Part shown: positions 14,553-28,200 of the stretch, in pieces
Numbering within the stretch: position 1 is the stretch's first letter
How the letters are laid out: each line of letters opens with the position of its first letter
From: Dimorphilus gyrociliatus
Lineage: Eukaryota > Animalia > Annelida
Reading direction: 5' to 3'
Length of the DNA: 64,000 nt
Assembly: GCA_904063045.1 (NCBI GenBank)
Contig: CAJFCJ010000003.1
Location: forward strand, 3,086,504-3,150,503
Translations under genes and position numbers: made by a program
Notes under the pieces: generated by a model
Seen by the model: the letters and a program-made list of their open reading frames with translations, nothing else
Database searches by the model: none
What the model was told of the DNA's origin: nothing

Positions 14553-15525
14553 CATATGCATGTATATACAAATATACACGCAGTGAACGGACACGGTGCA
14601 TAGTTTATTACATAGGTAGAATATACATAAATAAAATAGACCTATTTTATAAATATGTATAAATATACATATACACATACATACATACACTTATACACAA
14701 ACACCAATATATATATATATATATATACTGTATATATAGAAGTGTAAGTGTAATGAAACAGAGATATGTTGTTATATATATTGTATATGCATATATTTAA
14801 TATAAAGTAATATGTAAAAATTTTTCGATCTTTTTTTAATTGTTTTTTTTTTCTTGAACAGCTAGCCTAGTAATTAAGTAATACAACCTTATCCGCCTTT
14901 CATTCCCCTATCTCTATTTTTTTGACAAATTAATTAATTAAGTTTTTATCTCTTTAACCATTCTCTAAGTCTTTCCGTCTTACATCCTTAGGTCATCATT
15001 GAGAGATTGTTTACCCTTTTCTTTTGAATTATTTAGTAAAAAGAAAATTTAATATATTTACTAAATATATTCGGCCTTAAAAGAAAATGACGATGGGGTA
15101 ATTCGATAGTGCACAACTAGGGAATGATCAATTATGATGTTTTTTCATGAGCTTAGCAGTGACCTTTTACAACAGATTACCCCTTCTGGGTGGCTTTAAG
15201 AAGAATCAATTAATATTAATGCTAAACGATTATTTTGTTTTTATAGTATAAAGCTACACGCTATTGACACAGTAACACCTAGTAATTTACAGTTTGTTTT
15301 TTACTAGGCATAATTTTTTTCCCTCTTGTAATCCTCAACAGCTATCTATTGAATAATATCCATTTCTTTTCTTTCTTTTAAACCTCTTCCTTTTCTTCGC
15401 TTTATTCATCTTTACTTAAACATTGTATAGATTATTCATCAATTCATCAAATGGATAAACGATGTTTTTGAGGCTTCTTAAGAATGCATTTATAAATATA
15501 AATGTTATGTTTTTAAATTGTAGTT

Positions 15526-15534
<9 letters not shown>

Positions 15535-15570
<36 letters not shown>
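15535..15570. repeat. (TA)18 microsatellite
   Basis: Direct reading. Confidence 0.9.
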
Positions 15571-15576
<6 letters not shown>

Positions 15577-16242
15577 TATATATATATATACATATAGATA
15601 TATACTGTATATTTCTTAATAAATATATAGCCTTATATTCCTTATCTTAAGTATGTTTTTTTATTTCCTCCTCTCTGTCTTATTAGATTCAATATTTTTT
15701 CTTTCACTTGCTTATTTATAACAAAAAGACGGTTTAAAGTTGTATATTCCATAGTTGCTTGTTGTTTTAAAAAAATATTGCTTTGGCCTATACATAGCGT
15801 TTTTTTTTTTGATCGAAAAATGTAGAATGTAAAGAATGTAGTATTGTTTAACACAGTATGATGATAATTAATTAGAAATTGTCCCTTGCCGACGGTATAT
15901 ATAGAGAGAGATCCCTGTTGCAGACACTTGCCGAATGGGATAGTAAATTAAACAGTTTCTGAATTGAGTTTCTTCCTTTTTTTAATAAGTTTAGGGCTCA
16001 TCAAGAGTCAGAATGTTAAATTGTATCCTTTGTCTGACCATAAAAGATGATAAATTGAGGAAAGCCAGTTCCAGAACATATATATATACATACATTTATG
16101 TATTTAAATATATATTTATACATACATATATGTATTTTTATATATATAAATATATATAAATGTATATATATAGTATATATATTTATGTATATGCATTTAC
16201 GTATATATATTTATATATATATATATATATATACTAATCTGA

Positions 16243-19200
16243 TTAAACAACTTCTTTCCTTCTTGTTGTATCATGTCTAGTGGCGGTAGCCGTCCGTTCA
16301 CTTGGAGCTGTTGGAATTTTAGGAGCCCTACCCGCTTTTTCTGCCAACATCCGCCGTTCGGGTGTATAGTTTTCCCATAAACCCAACATGGCTTCTGCCG
16401 CCACCAGATCATCTACATTCTGAGAAATGAGCCTGATGATAAACATACCGTCTCGACGAAGGTAGAATTGCGTAAATTTTGTCAAAGCTGCCGTTTGTCT
16501 CTTGGTCGTTTCAAACGACCTTAATTGCTTCTTTACGTACCTAATTTGACTAGACCAATAAAGGGCGCGCATAACCCAGCGGGCAAAGTTGAAAGAAGTG
16601 GCTATAGACACGAAGACAAACCAGAACCAAATGAAGATAAATATCTTCTCGTTGAAGAGATTGACGGTCAGTACGCATTGGATAATGTATTCGTGTAGTC
16701 GATTATTACTACGGATTTTGAAATCGCATAGAGTAACACGAGGAAAACGCTCGCTAACCGTCCAATCTTCGCCCTGGATGAGTTTATTGAGTACGAAAAT
16801 ACCGTACCAGTGATAATTGATGCCTAAGAAGAAATCGAGGAGGAATAACTGGCCTATAGCGTTGAAAAGGTAGACGAATTTGACGACAAGATAGCTGAAG
16901 GTTAAGTAATTCCCGTAGAATCTACCTCCGACGAAACAACAATAGTTTGCCAATGCATGTTTCATCCTTACACAGCAGCCTGTTCTCAAGTCTCGCTGCT
17001 TCAGCAGATACCTGTGGGAGAAAGATTGTGCATTTCATATCTTATCAAAAATTTATAAGTGATCTCTCCTATTCGCTTTCACTTTACATTTTCCATCTTT
17101 ATATTCTACGTGGGGGAAATATTTTTGTCAGGGGCTTATTCCCATATCCTCCTATAGCTTTTATAATGGAAAGATAGTTTGACCAATTCCTTGTAAGATC
17201 GATTTAGCCCTTTTATCCAAAAATAATTCACTCAGAAAGCTTGCTAAACCCTTTAATTCTTAAGGGAATACAAGAAAACTGTTTCCGATTATCATATTTA
17301 AAAAAAAGAGTCAGATTAGACGAAAAGAAAATTAGTTTAAATAGCAGTTTTTTTTCTCTCAGTATGTGTCTCTCTCTCTCTCTCTCGCTCTATTTATGCA
17401 TATATATATATATATATATATATAAATATAAATACACTTTCCCTCATTCTGCTTCCATTAAATTGCTTAATAATAGAAAAGAAATACTAAATATTGTATA
17501 TATTAAATTTTCAAATAAAGAAAGTTAAGAAATTATTAGTTTGCAAACGATGAATATTAAATTATTTATCAATAAAAAACATTATAATTTAGGGGAACTT
17601 TTCATAAAATCAACCTCGGCAAATAGATCAAACAACTTGTTTATAGTATTCCAGCACGGACGTTGTGAATTATACATGCGAGAAGACTGTTATCGAAAGT
17701 GGGTTGAAATAATAAAGATTACATAAAACAGGATTTTGTCGTAAAGTGAACATACATAAAACTTTCTTTAGGACATTCATAATACTATATTTTGCAATAT
17801 TTTTCATCTATTTTTATATACTGGAAAACCTCTTCCATTCTATGACAAACATCGATTACTAAAACGCTAGTTATCAAATAAGACCTATGATTCATTTAGT
17901 TTCACGCTACATAGTAAGCAATCATATGACGTCACAAAGCACACAGTAATAAAGGCAGTTCTATTATTTTTGCTTTTGTTCAATCTCGTGTGTAATAATA
18001 CGACACACCGTAGTATATCAATATAATAAAAAACTTTGTTTTTCTAAATTTCATAAGATGGCGTTGTTATGCATTGTTTACAAGGAAAAAATTCACTTTT
18101 ATCGATATACTTAATTATTGTCTAGTTTATAATTTATGAAGCGAAAAGAAGGGAGAAAGAGAGAGAGAGAGAAAAAGAGATAGAGAGAGAGAGAGAGAGA
18201 GGAAAAGGGAGAACTAGAAAAACAGGATTTTAATTAACTCTTTCAAAAATAGAATTTAGAGAAAACATTAACAAGCAAGGGAATATACTCAATAATTATA
18301 TGACATATTTTATTTATATTATATATAAATAAGTAAGCTAAATAATATATAAATAAGAATATAGATATCTATATATATATAGGTCTCTTAATTCTTGTAT
18401 AATTACTACATTAAACATCTACTTAAACACAAAAAAGAACTAAGTAGAAAATATGGGGGCAATTTTGTAGTTATTTTTTTTTTACACAGTCATCAATTTT
18501 TAGAAAGAAAATCGTATTTATCGATCAAATCATATCCCACTGTTAGATGACTGATGGTAAAGTTGGAAGAAACAAAAAAAGAAAAAAAAAGAAAAGTGAA
18601 GGTCAGCATTCGCTGCTTATTGGACTGCTGAAGAGAAGTTGTTTCAGGAAAAGAGGGATGTGGTCGATCAATAACTTTGCTACCATCGTTTAAAAGGTAG
18701 ATAGATTTGGCAAGGGATATGAGTAACGACAAAGGAAAATTTACACCATTTATCCTCATAATATTTGCTGTCTGTTCTTCTTCCTTTGGCTGTATACTAT
18801 TGCAGAAATATCGTTTGAAATCTGATAGTAATTGAGTAAGATATTGAAGGATGCTGAGATGGATAAAAACACAAAATAATGATTTAATGTGTATATATCC
18901 ATTATACAGAATATTAAATGGGAGCTGTGTGTCAAAATGGTGTGACTAAAGTTATGAATATATGTCTATATGTGTCTATACAATAGTACATATATATATA
19001 TATATTTATACAGTATATATATACATGTACATATAAAGAAAATTATAACTACAATATATCATATGAACTAGTATATAGGCGGTATACAATGAAATTTGTT
19101 GATATCTACATAATTTATCTCAAGTAGTATAGATATTCATGTAAATGCACATATATAAATTTATACATATGTATATTTCTCTGTGTATATTTATTAGTAT

Positions 19201-20644
19201 ACATTTATAGATGAAAATTAATCCAAAGAACACAGGCCACATATGTATGTAATATGTACATTTTGTATTTGTACAAATATATAACAAGATATTGTCTATA
19301 GGCAACTTTTTATATAGCAAGATGACGCGATCGATCGATAATTTATCAACGTCATTTTATTTAGGCCTATTCCTGCCAAACTGTAGCAAAGCGCTCTGCT
19401 TGTAGGATGCTTAACTAGCAGATGGCACCTCAATATTCGACCAAACAGTTAATAAAATGAATTATTTTACCAAGATAATTCAATCTATTAGAATAAGTTA
19501 AATAAATTATTTGCTCAATTTTTATGTGCAAGCTTAATACTATTGACCAAATGGAGACTCATTAGTAAGAGAAAACAAGTGAGAAATCAGTAGCTTAGGT
19601 GTTAATACCAATATTACCGGAAGTAAGAATCCATAGTAAATATTTAACAATGTTAAAAATTGCTGGGGAAAATACTAGATAAAAAGGGTTAAATACTATT
19701 AATATCCGTCGTAAAAAATATATTTTAAGCCTTTACTATAAGCGTATTATGATATAGACCTTAACATTTTACATCTGACTCTTTGACATTTCGTTTACTA
19801 AATCTACATGGAATATTTTAAATTTAAAGGTAAATTTACCAAAAAATTTAACAAAGACAGAGGGCGTTGAAATCGATAAGTATCTTTAAAACCAAATTAT
19901 ATATATTTTTGGCATTTAGTTGTAGAAAGATGGCGAAGTAACTTTATAAAATATAAATAGAGTGACAAGTAAAAGTCTGAAAATGGGGAAATAAAAGTTG
20001 TACGACTTGTTTGCCTTTTTTTTCCTAAACAGTAATATGATGCAAATTGATTTGGAGAACTCTCATGGAAAAAAAAAGTGCGGTTTTGCGTCAATAATTC
20101 TACAGCTTAGTGATACTCATGCAGTAAAATATACTATACTAAATCGGTACCTGTCCATCTGGTTGACAATATATCTTAACGTCTTCTCTCTCATATCCGT
20201 ATGACTGGATCGTTGGCAAACCTTTGCAGCATCCATCATAGCGCCGACATCAATGCCAGCTCGTTTATTGAGAAAGCGCCAAAGAAGGCATGGAATGAAA
20301 TATACTGCTGCTTGAAAAAGGAGAACAAGGGGCACCCATTGATAATAGCTAACCCGTTTGATCCGAGCCTGTTCAGCTGGCCTTGGTATGTTTTTAGTTA
20401 TAGGTTGATAGTAGTTATTCGAAACCCAACAAATTGTATTCGCATAATCTCGATGCGAAGCTGTGAAATGTGCTGGACACCAGCAAGAAATCGGTTTTCC
20501 GACGAGTTGTTGGGTTGAGATGACGCAGGTGAAGAAGACTAGAAGTATAGTTGTGTATCGACGACTGAGCCGGTCGGCAAAATCGTCATCAGTCCGGATT
20601 TTTACCTCCTTAAAGGAGAGTAACGCCTTGAATAGACGATCCAT
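16243..20644 (-). CDS. inx: Innexin (invertebrate gap-junction protein), 420 aa, join(complement 20151..20644, 16243..17011)
   Basis: Innexin hallmarks in translation: DDDFADRLS, SCWCP and CW extracellular cysteines, YYQWV, FPRVTLCDF, QCVLTVNLFNEKIFIFIWFW. Donor GACAG|GTACCG at 20151/20150 and acceptor ttctcccacag|G at 17012/17011 are both phase 2, giving ...QMDR-YLLKQRDLRTGCC... in frame. Confidence 0.96.
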
Positions 20645-20840
20645 CGCCGTTTTAGCTAGCTGCCATTCTTACGTTGCGGCGTTTCGCATGCGACTGAAGC
20701 GACGCTAGGCGTCTGGCATAATCAGCTGCGATCGTGGCGTTCTTTTTTTTTTAAATCTTTAGACGCACCCGTCTATATTGTCGTGTATAATTTATAGTTT
20801 GAATAGATCGGCGTCTCGGCTTATTTGCATTAATTATGGT
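20645..20840 (-). promoter_or_regulatory. Innexin promoter and GC-rich 5' leader
   Basis: TATAAAT at 20796-20790, POU octamer ATGCAAAT (20830-23) flanked by TAATTA, CpG-rich leader containing three short uORFs. Confidence 0.55.
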
Positions 20841-23064
20841 GAGGGGAATATTCTCCTTTTTTTCCCCATCGTTCTATCGTAAAACGATGTTGCCCACTTT
20901 TTGAATGAAAGGTTCCTATTCCATTTCATATTTCCGATGGTAAGCTTTTCTAAAAGCTACTTAACTCGATATGTCTTTTAAATTCTTCCTTAAACCTTTT
21001 TTCAGAAGGTGACAATATTTTACATCTAAAACAAAAAGCTTTTACCAGACAAACGATCTATCAAAGTTTAACAATAATATATGTAAATATGATTTACACA
21101 CTGGACACATATACCATATACTTTATATTTATATATAATTTACATACTTTAATTTACTATCAAAAAACGTCCCTAAATCCATCAGGAGTATAGAATATAT
21201 TTACAATGAACATTTGTATGGAAACATTAACTTTTTTAGCCTGGCTCATTCCCTTTGAAATGCTGATGCTGAGGAGTAAAAGGTCTCTCTTTTGCTAGCT
21301 TTTCCATGTTTCCTAAATTTACATAGAGAATATACGCCACATAGTTCTTTAGTTCGGTTCGACTCATCATTCTATTAATAGACGTAAAAAATACCAACAG
21401 TATTTGTGAAGACCTGTGAACAAGCTACGTTTCCTGAGTTTACTGGTCTTCCCAGCACGTCCTTCTATTCCTATTGGAATCATTATCACTTGTTTTGTAT
21501 GTACTTTCAACGTTCTGAAAAAAATAATAAAATCCTGTTTTGACAAGATATTATGGGTCAAATTAGTCCGCTAAAGGCCGTGTACGGAAAAAATACGAAT
21601 TTATTTACATATTATCCTCGTGGATTTTATTTTCGCTTTGAATGGATCACGACCAGAGCCTGTTTATTAATAAGTAGAATAGGGATGAAGGGAGTAGGGA
21701 TATAATGTTTACTCTAATCTTTTCCTTCCTTTTCATCTTTGTTCTCCTATTTTTAAGTTTAAAGTTTGCACTTGAAATATCTTCATCTCTTCCAATATAT
21801 GCTTACTCCTTTCATTTTCTATTTTGTCATCCACTTCTTTAAATCTACCAATTAACTATCGACTGTTAATAATATATTAACCCTATGAACTATGTATTAA
21901 TTAACACACGCTCAACTAAAACTTCCTATTAATCTATTACTTTGACTGAAACTGTACATTGTAAAGAATTTTGAATTGTTTAATTTTAACTAATGGTGTC
22001 TAAGAGTTTATATTAATAATTAATGTTATAAACTATGTATACAATATGGTATAACAATAAATTTAAAATAATGTGATACAGAGCCTGGGTTTGTTTTTAT
22101 TAAAAAAAGATGTTTGTCTACCAAGAAAATGATTAATCGAATAAGTCTCTTGTTAAGAGAAAGTTAACCTAAAGTTTGGTTGGTTTATTAATATTCGTTA
22201 TGTCAACAAAAGGATTATGATCTTTTTAAAAAACCAGTCAATTCTTTTTCTATTAAATTTATTTCTTTTTAGTTAATCTCTTGTAAAATTATAGTAATTT
22301 GCATCTTTAATTCAGCTGTTTTCAATATGTATATAATTATTTATTAATCTATAATAAATTTGTATATACATTTGCAATAGACCCTTATTATAAACTATTT
22401 AAAGAGATATGCTAATAAGGAAAATATAAAAGGAAAAAAGACTTCTATGGCGTCACCAGCTAGAAAATATTGCGCGAGTAGGATTTATGATTTTGACATT
22501 TAAATTTTATGTGCAGAAAGCAAGATGAATAGATAGACTAAGGGAGTGAAAGAGACAAAGATAGAAAGACGAAGATAAAGGGCTAGAGAGAGAAGATGAA
22601 AATTGGAAGATAGCTTTGATATTCATCTGAATGTAAATATGAACAACGTAGTTCTATTAATAAAATAATTATAAAGATTATGATATAAAACACATAAAAT
22701 TTGTTATCTAAATATAATTAAGTCTATGTCTATATATATCCACATATTTGGGTATAAATATAAAGATATAAATGTATATATTGTATAATAATTTTACATA
22801 TCGGTAAAAAATATAGTAATATGATTAATTTCAGTTTATCTTTATTTTTCTTAATGGGGGTGGCTTAGAACACGTATGAGAACGCGACGTAAATTCTATC
22901 TTAATTGAATAAATGCTATTTGTTAGTGGGTGTAGTAGGTCTATTTGACGAATGTAATTTTTTCCAGTCATCTCTCATAAAAATATATATATATATCTTT
23001 TATAATTTTTTATTACTTTCTCTTTCTAAATAGCTTCTAAAAGTTTACTACAATAGGCAGAATA

Positions 23065-23066
23065 TA

Positions 23067-23101
<35 letters not shown>
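23065..23101. repeat. (TA)16 microsatellite preceded by a TACTGTA interruption
   Basis: aatatactgt followed by (AT)15. Confidence 0.9.
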
Positions 23102-23105
<4 letters not shown>

Positions 23106-24479
23106 AACTATATATCTAGGATATAAAAGTCGCTATTTAATTAAAATATACAAGGAAGAATGAATTATTCTATTATTTTTTATAGTCATTATAAAATCAT
23201 CTTTTAAAATTAAAGATCATAGATATCTCTAAGCTCTCTCCTCATTTAAAAGAATACACAAACTGAAAGATGGCATATTTATCTCTTAAATGTCATTTAT
23301 TGATAACTGAGACAAGCGGATGTTAAGAATATTTTATTGAGTTAAGGACACTTTGAATTAATGTTTGAAGGTTTTTTTTCCTTTTCGGTAATGAGCGTTA
23401 TCAACTTTGTGTTTTAGTAAAAAAAAAAGAAATTTCTTAGTAACGAAGTCATGCTAAAAAGAAATATAGTTATTAATCATTTCCCGTATTGCAATAATGG
23501 TAATTAGTCAACAGCGAATTATTATAATAAATCTTCGAGTAGTTATAAGACTATCTAATAAAAAACTTTAGAATATATAATTTCCTATTTCTAATGATGC
23601 TCTAAACAAAATGATTGCTAAATAAATTCAAAGGGAATTAAATTATTAACGCAGATCACTCGGGTTTTTATTTCGATCTATTTTTAGACTTCCTCAGTAC
23701 TATATAAGCAAAACAAAAAAACAAGAAAAAAGGTTTTAGTATTACAAATGTAAATTACAATTTGTAAATATGTAAATTATATGACAAAACATTCTGTTTG
23801 TTTGTTTTGGATTTAGAGTATAAACAGTATATATATATACTGTATATATCTGCTAATACCTTATACTTTCACACTGTATACATTTTTTCACTATATCATA
23901 TGATATACCCATCGCTTATTTTCTCTTGTTTATAAAACAAACAACTATTACTATAATATATAAATAATTATATTGTAAAAACAGGTAAATTGAAGCTCAT
24001 TATTATGTTATTTCAAGTTCATCCCTTCTTTTAAAATAGGCCTACAAAACTTTTTTATCTGTGTAAGGATGTCATTAAATTTGTACTTATTGTCTATCTA
24101 TATAGTTTGGCTAAGCTAATTAAAAGTTTTTGATCGATTTGAAATTTCTTTATAGTGAAAATTGTAATTAATGTATAAAGACAGCTGGAAAGTCTGAAAG
24201 AAATGAATGAGAGAATAAAAGTACTTGAATGAGAAAAGTAAGAAAAAGAAAAATATTTTAAACGAGGGAGTATTACTTTATCTGAAAAATAGAATACCGC
24301 CAGGAAATATCCCGTTTCCTTCCACTTTTCCTAATTCCTATTCGAGAGACCTCCGTGGTGGCTAATGAATAGCGACAAGGGTCAACGAGTGCACATATTC
24401 GTTTTAATAATAAAAAAGTAAGCAAAAATAAGATGAAAGTGATAAATTCCTGAGAATTACTTTAGACGAAGTGATATTT

Positions 24480-25245
24480 AAAATATTCACCCGCCGTATA
24501 ACAAATAATCGAGCAAATCGCCGAGTGCAGTTTGTCGACAAACCACGCGTTGCCAACGGAAACCCGATCAATAAGCGTATACTTATTCACCTGCAATAAC
24601 GTGGCGTCAAAAATTTTGCGTCTATTGTTAACAACCTAGTATGATGACCGGCGGTCATGAAGCAGTAGAACTGTTTTACAGCTGAAGCGCTAAAGCGAAA
24701 AAATCATTTCCGTACTAAATGGATTTCTGCTTTGTCGGCGGCCTCTCGACCGCGTCTAGGAGCGTCGCCGAGAAACATGAAAGGCGGAAAGCTAATAGCC
24801 TGTTATTTTTTTTTACAAAATTTCTATTTTTCCACTTCGAACCTTCTTCGTTTAACGAGACTCTACTTTTTTTCATTCTTTACTTTCTTTTAAAGAAAAG
24901 AAAATCGAAATTGATTTGGTGAGGCGTTTCTTTCTTCATCTATAGAATCATCCTTTTTGATACGCCTCTAACTCAATTCTTGGTTTCCTCTGATCTCCTT
25001 CATTCTATTCAATTTTTTGAAGTAGGCATGAAAGCAGTAGTTGAATGAATAACTGATATTATTTTAATAAATATTTTCGTTTTTTTGACATTTCCACTCA
25101 ATTTGTGGGTGATGGATGAAATTTGCGGTTGGGCGAGAAAAAAGGTCGAAGACGGTCTTATTATTCCCCTCACGTTCGCGGCGTCGAAAACGGCCAATGA
25201 GGCGTCTGTATACGGAACGTAAAAAGCCCATGGCGAGGGTAAGCG
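24480..25245 (+). promoter_or_regulatory. Likely syt1 promoter and 5' exon region
   Basis: CpG-rich island upstream of syt1; donors TTTG|GTGAGG (24918/19) and AGG|GTAAGC (25238/39); the syt1 ATG exon begins with an acceptor ttttag|ACCATG at 30386/87, so an upstream exon is required. Confidence 0.5.
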
Positions 25246-28200
25246 ATCAATAGTTCGATAGCTTTTCGTACGCCGTCAGAAATAATTAATAAGGCGGCGT
25301 TTGGTTAATTACGAGACAAGATGGGATAACTATTAGAATCTTAGTAAAGATTCAGATAAGAACTACACTACTTTATACTATTTCATCTAACTCCTTGGAG
25401 GGCATATTTACTCGTAAGAAGAAACTTGAAAAAGGGATTTCAGCTGAATCTTTAAGTAAGTCGTAAGTCGTAAGTCGTTCATCCTAATAGCATTTTTTAT
25501 GTGCTTGTTTTTCCTTAGTTCCTTTTCCATCTTCCAGAAGGATTCTGATTGAATTTCTAGAATACAAGTTGAATTATCATTGCTTAAATGCATAATACTT
25601 TATCTAGTTTTTTTTCTTTTTCCACCACAGGAAACATCGTTAATTTAGACTACCAAATTATTATTGTGCCTAATATATCTCATTCGATGCATATTTTACA
25701 AGAAAATATCTCTCTGACTGATATTTTTTACATATAAAATCGCTTTAATTATGCTAGAAAAGCATAATTAGACCTTAGGGTGTTTTATCGTCTAGTTCTT
25801 TGTAGATGGCGGCACCTTTTCTTTCTCTTGAAAGTTAGTACTATTCTCTCTAGAATTATAGATCATAATGAGAAAAAGTTTATAATTGGCATTAACACTA
25901 TAAAGATTATTGGAAAGGTTAATATAAGAATTATTGTCAAAACCTGGGAGATTAACCTTACCAAGACTATTTACTGGTTTTAGTTCACAATACAAAACAA
26001 AAATAAATATATTTCAATAGAGTCTACTTAAAGTTGTATAACACTTTACTACAAAATTTATTGATAAAAGCACAACAAAAGATATAATAAGGGGATCAAC
26101 AGGATTTCCGGTGAGTTAATTAACCGATGAAAAAGTCTCTCTTTTCGCTCTTTTCTACTATTTACTACATCGACTTGAAAGTTTTTCACTCTGTAAAAGG
26201 AATAATTCAACTGAAGAGAAACTTAAAAGATATAGTATATGTTTACGTTTAAAAAGTTTCTTCCTTCACAAATTGACCGAACAATAAAGAAAGGGAGGTT
26301 TAGCCTTTTATTTCTTTTTAGTTTTCCTCAAAAGACAAAAAATATTGACTAAAAGGATGAAATAAAAAGAAAAGAAAATGTAGAAAAATGATAAGAACTT
26401 TAATGTGTATTTCATTTAAATCTATATTTTTACTTAACAGTTTGAAATAGTGAAAGACTCTTATAAAAGACTCGAATTCAAATTTTTAACAGATTTATTT
26501 TATAAATAAACAAAAGAAAAAAGGAGACAAAGAAAACAAAAACTGTACAATAAAGCATAAACTGCACGAAAATCATTAAAATTCTCAATCTACTAATTTA
26601 ATGATTTTTTAATTAAAATTCTTAGATAAATTGGTCTTCTGTTGTTATTCGATTTTTATTCTTAACATCTTCTTCCAATCTTTAAGGATAGTCTTCAGTT
26701 TTTTTATACATAATAGTTGCAGTTTTGTCTTTTTGATGACCCAGAACCGGAATATGCAATTTAATTGATTAAAGGAGAAGTAAGATGGAAATAACAGTGT
26801 TGGAAAAGGCAAGAGAAAGCCTTTAAAAGAGCCCCGCAAAAGTTTACTTATAGAAAGAGACGTCTATTATCATATATAATATAATTAATTCGTCTTAAAG
26901 CTTTTGACTAAATTACATAGAGTTCAAATGCAAAAAGGTATAAAATGAAAATCGTTGAAGGAAAAGTTAATTCTCATCAGTTTATTCGCCAACTTGGTCT
27001 CTTGTTTTTCTTAAAAGAGAAAAAACCTGACCGATGCTGATCGACATTTTAAGTAAATAAATAAAATAGAAAGCTTTTAAGAAAAGAACAAAAAAAAAAG
27101 AGAATAGAGGATAGAGAGAAGGAAGAAAGCAAAAAAAAAGGATACGGTAGATAGGATAAGAAGAAATCGAATATATCTACTTATAGAAATAATAGTAATG
27201 ATAAAAATCTTATGCAAGAATAGAATTAAAAGTTAATTATTTATTAAATAAATTCCTTATTTTATAGAAAACTCTTATGAATTATAAAAATTTCTTAATT
27301 ATCATGTTTTTATACAAGTCTTCTTTTGTATAAAAATCCAATATGGTGTGTATAATACCTATAGATAAGCAATAAATATATATATATGTATATATATGTA
27401 GATCTATGTCTTTATACATACAGTGTATATATTTTCTACATTCATTTTTACATAAAATCAAACGAAAAAAAACTTGTAAACATATAGTATCGTAAACGAT
27501 ACAAATATAAAAATGTTAAGCATAAAAAATGGATAAGACTACCAAATGAATCATTCTTACTATTTGTTCGCAATTTTGACTTGTAATGAAATTATAGTAA
27601 CATCGATGAATATTTTCTCTCCTTCTCACCTACCAATTTATAAAATCTTATCTTTCTTTTTTAATTAATAGTCGTCAATATAATATCTCTTTAAGTAGTT
27701 TTTTTCGATAAAGCTTTCAATATCATCTATCTTAGGTCCCTTTTCTCTTTTACCCTTTCCCCTATTTCAAAAAAGAAAAACAGTCTTAATTGGCCTTTCT
27801 TTCTTCTTCTCCCACTCCTATTCCATCTTTTGTTTTGTATCTATATATCTATTTATCTTTTTTGGGTTATTTTTAGAAATAGGGGAATTTCTGTGAATAA
27901 GAATAAATCATTCAGTTGAAATTTTTCACTTTTAAGCACTTTCAAGTTACAGGACCACTCATGCGAAACGAGTCTTGGAAAATAAACCCCTGGACGCTAA
28001 ATCGAAAAAATACCATAATTGACTATTCTAAAAATAGAAAAATCCCATTTTTATCCACCAGGAACGCCACAATTCAGTAAAATTAACTCTAAAAAACAAA
28101 TGCTCTAAAATCTTGTAAGAAAAATGTTCTCTTCCTGCAGAAAAGAAAAGCCTCTTCAACGAAGGAGGCGATTGCAAAAAGTTCCAGAATTGAATTAGAC

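Noticed and set aside
16589-20708. Plus-strand ORFs 16589..16813, 20201..20518, 20463..20708
   Set aside because: Antisense shadows of the innexin exons.
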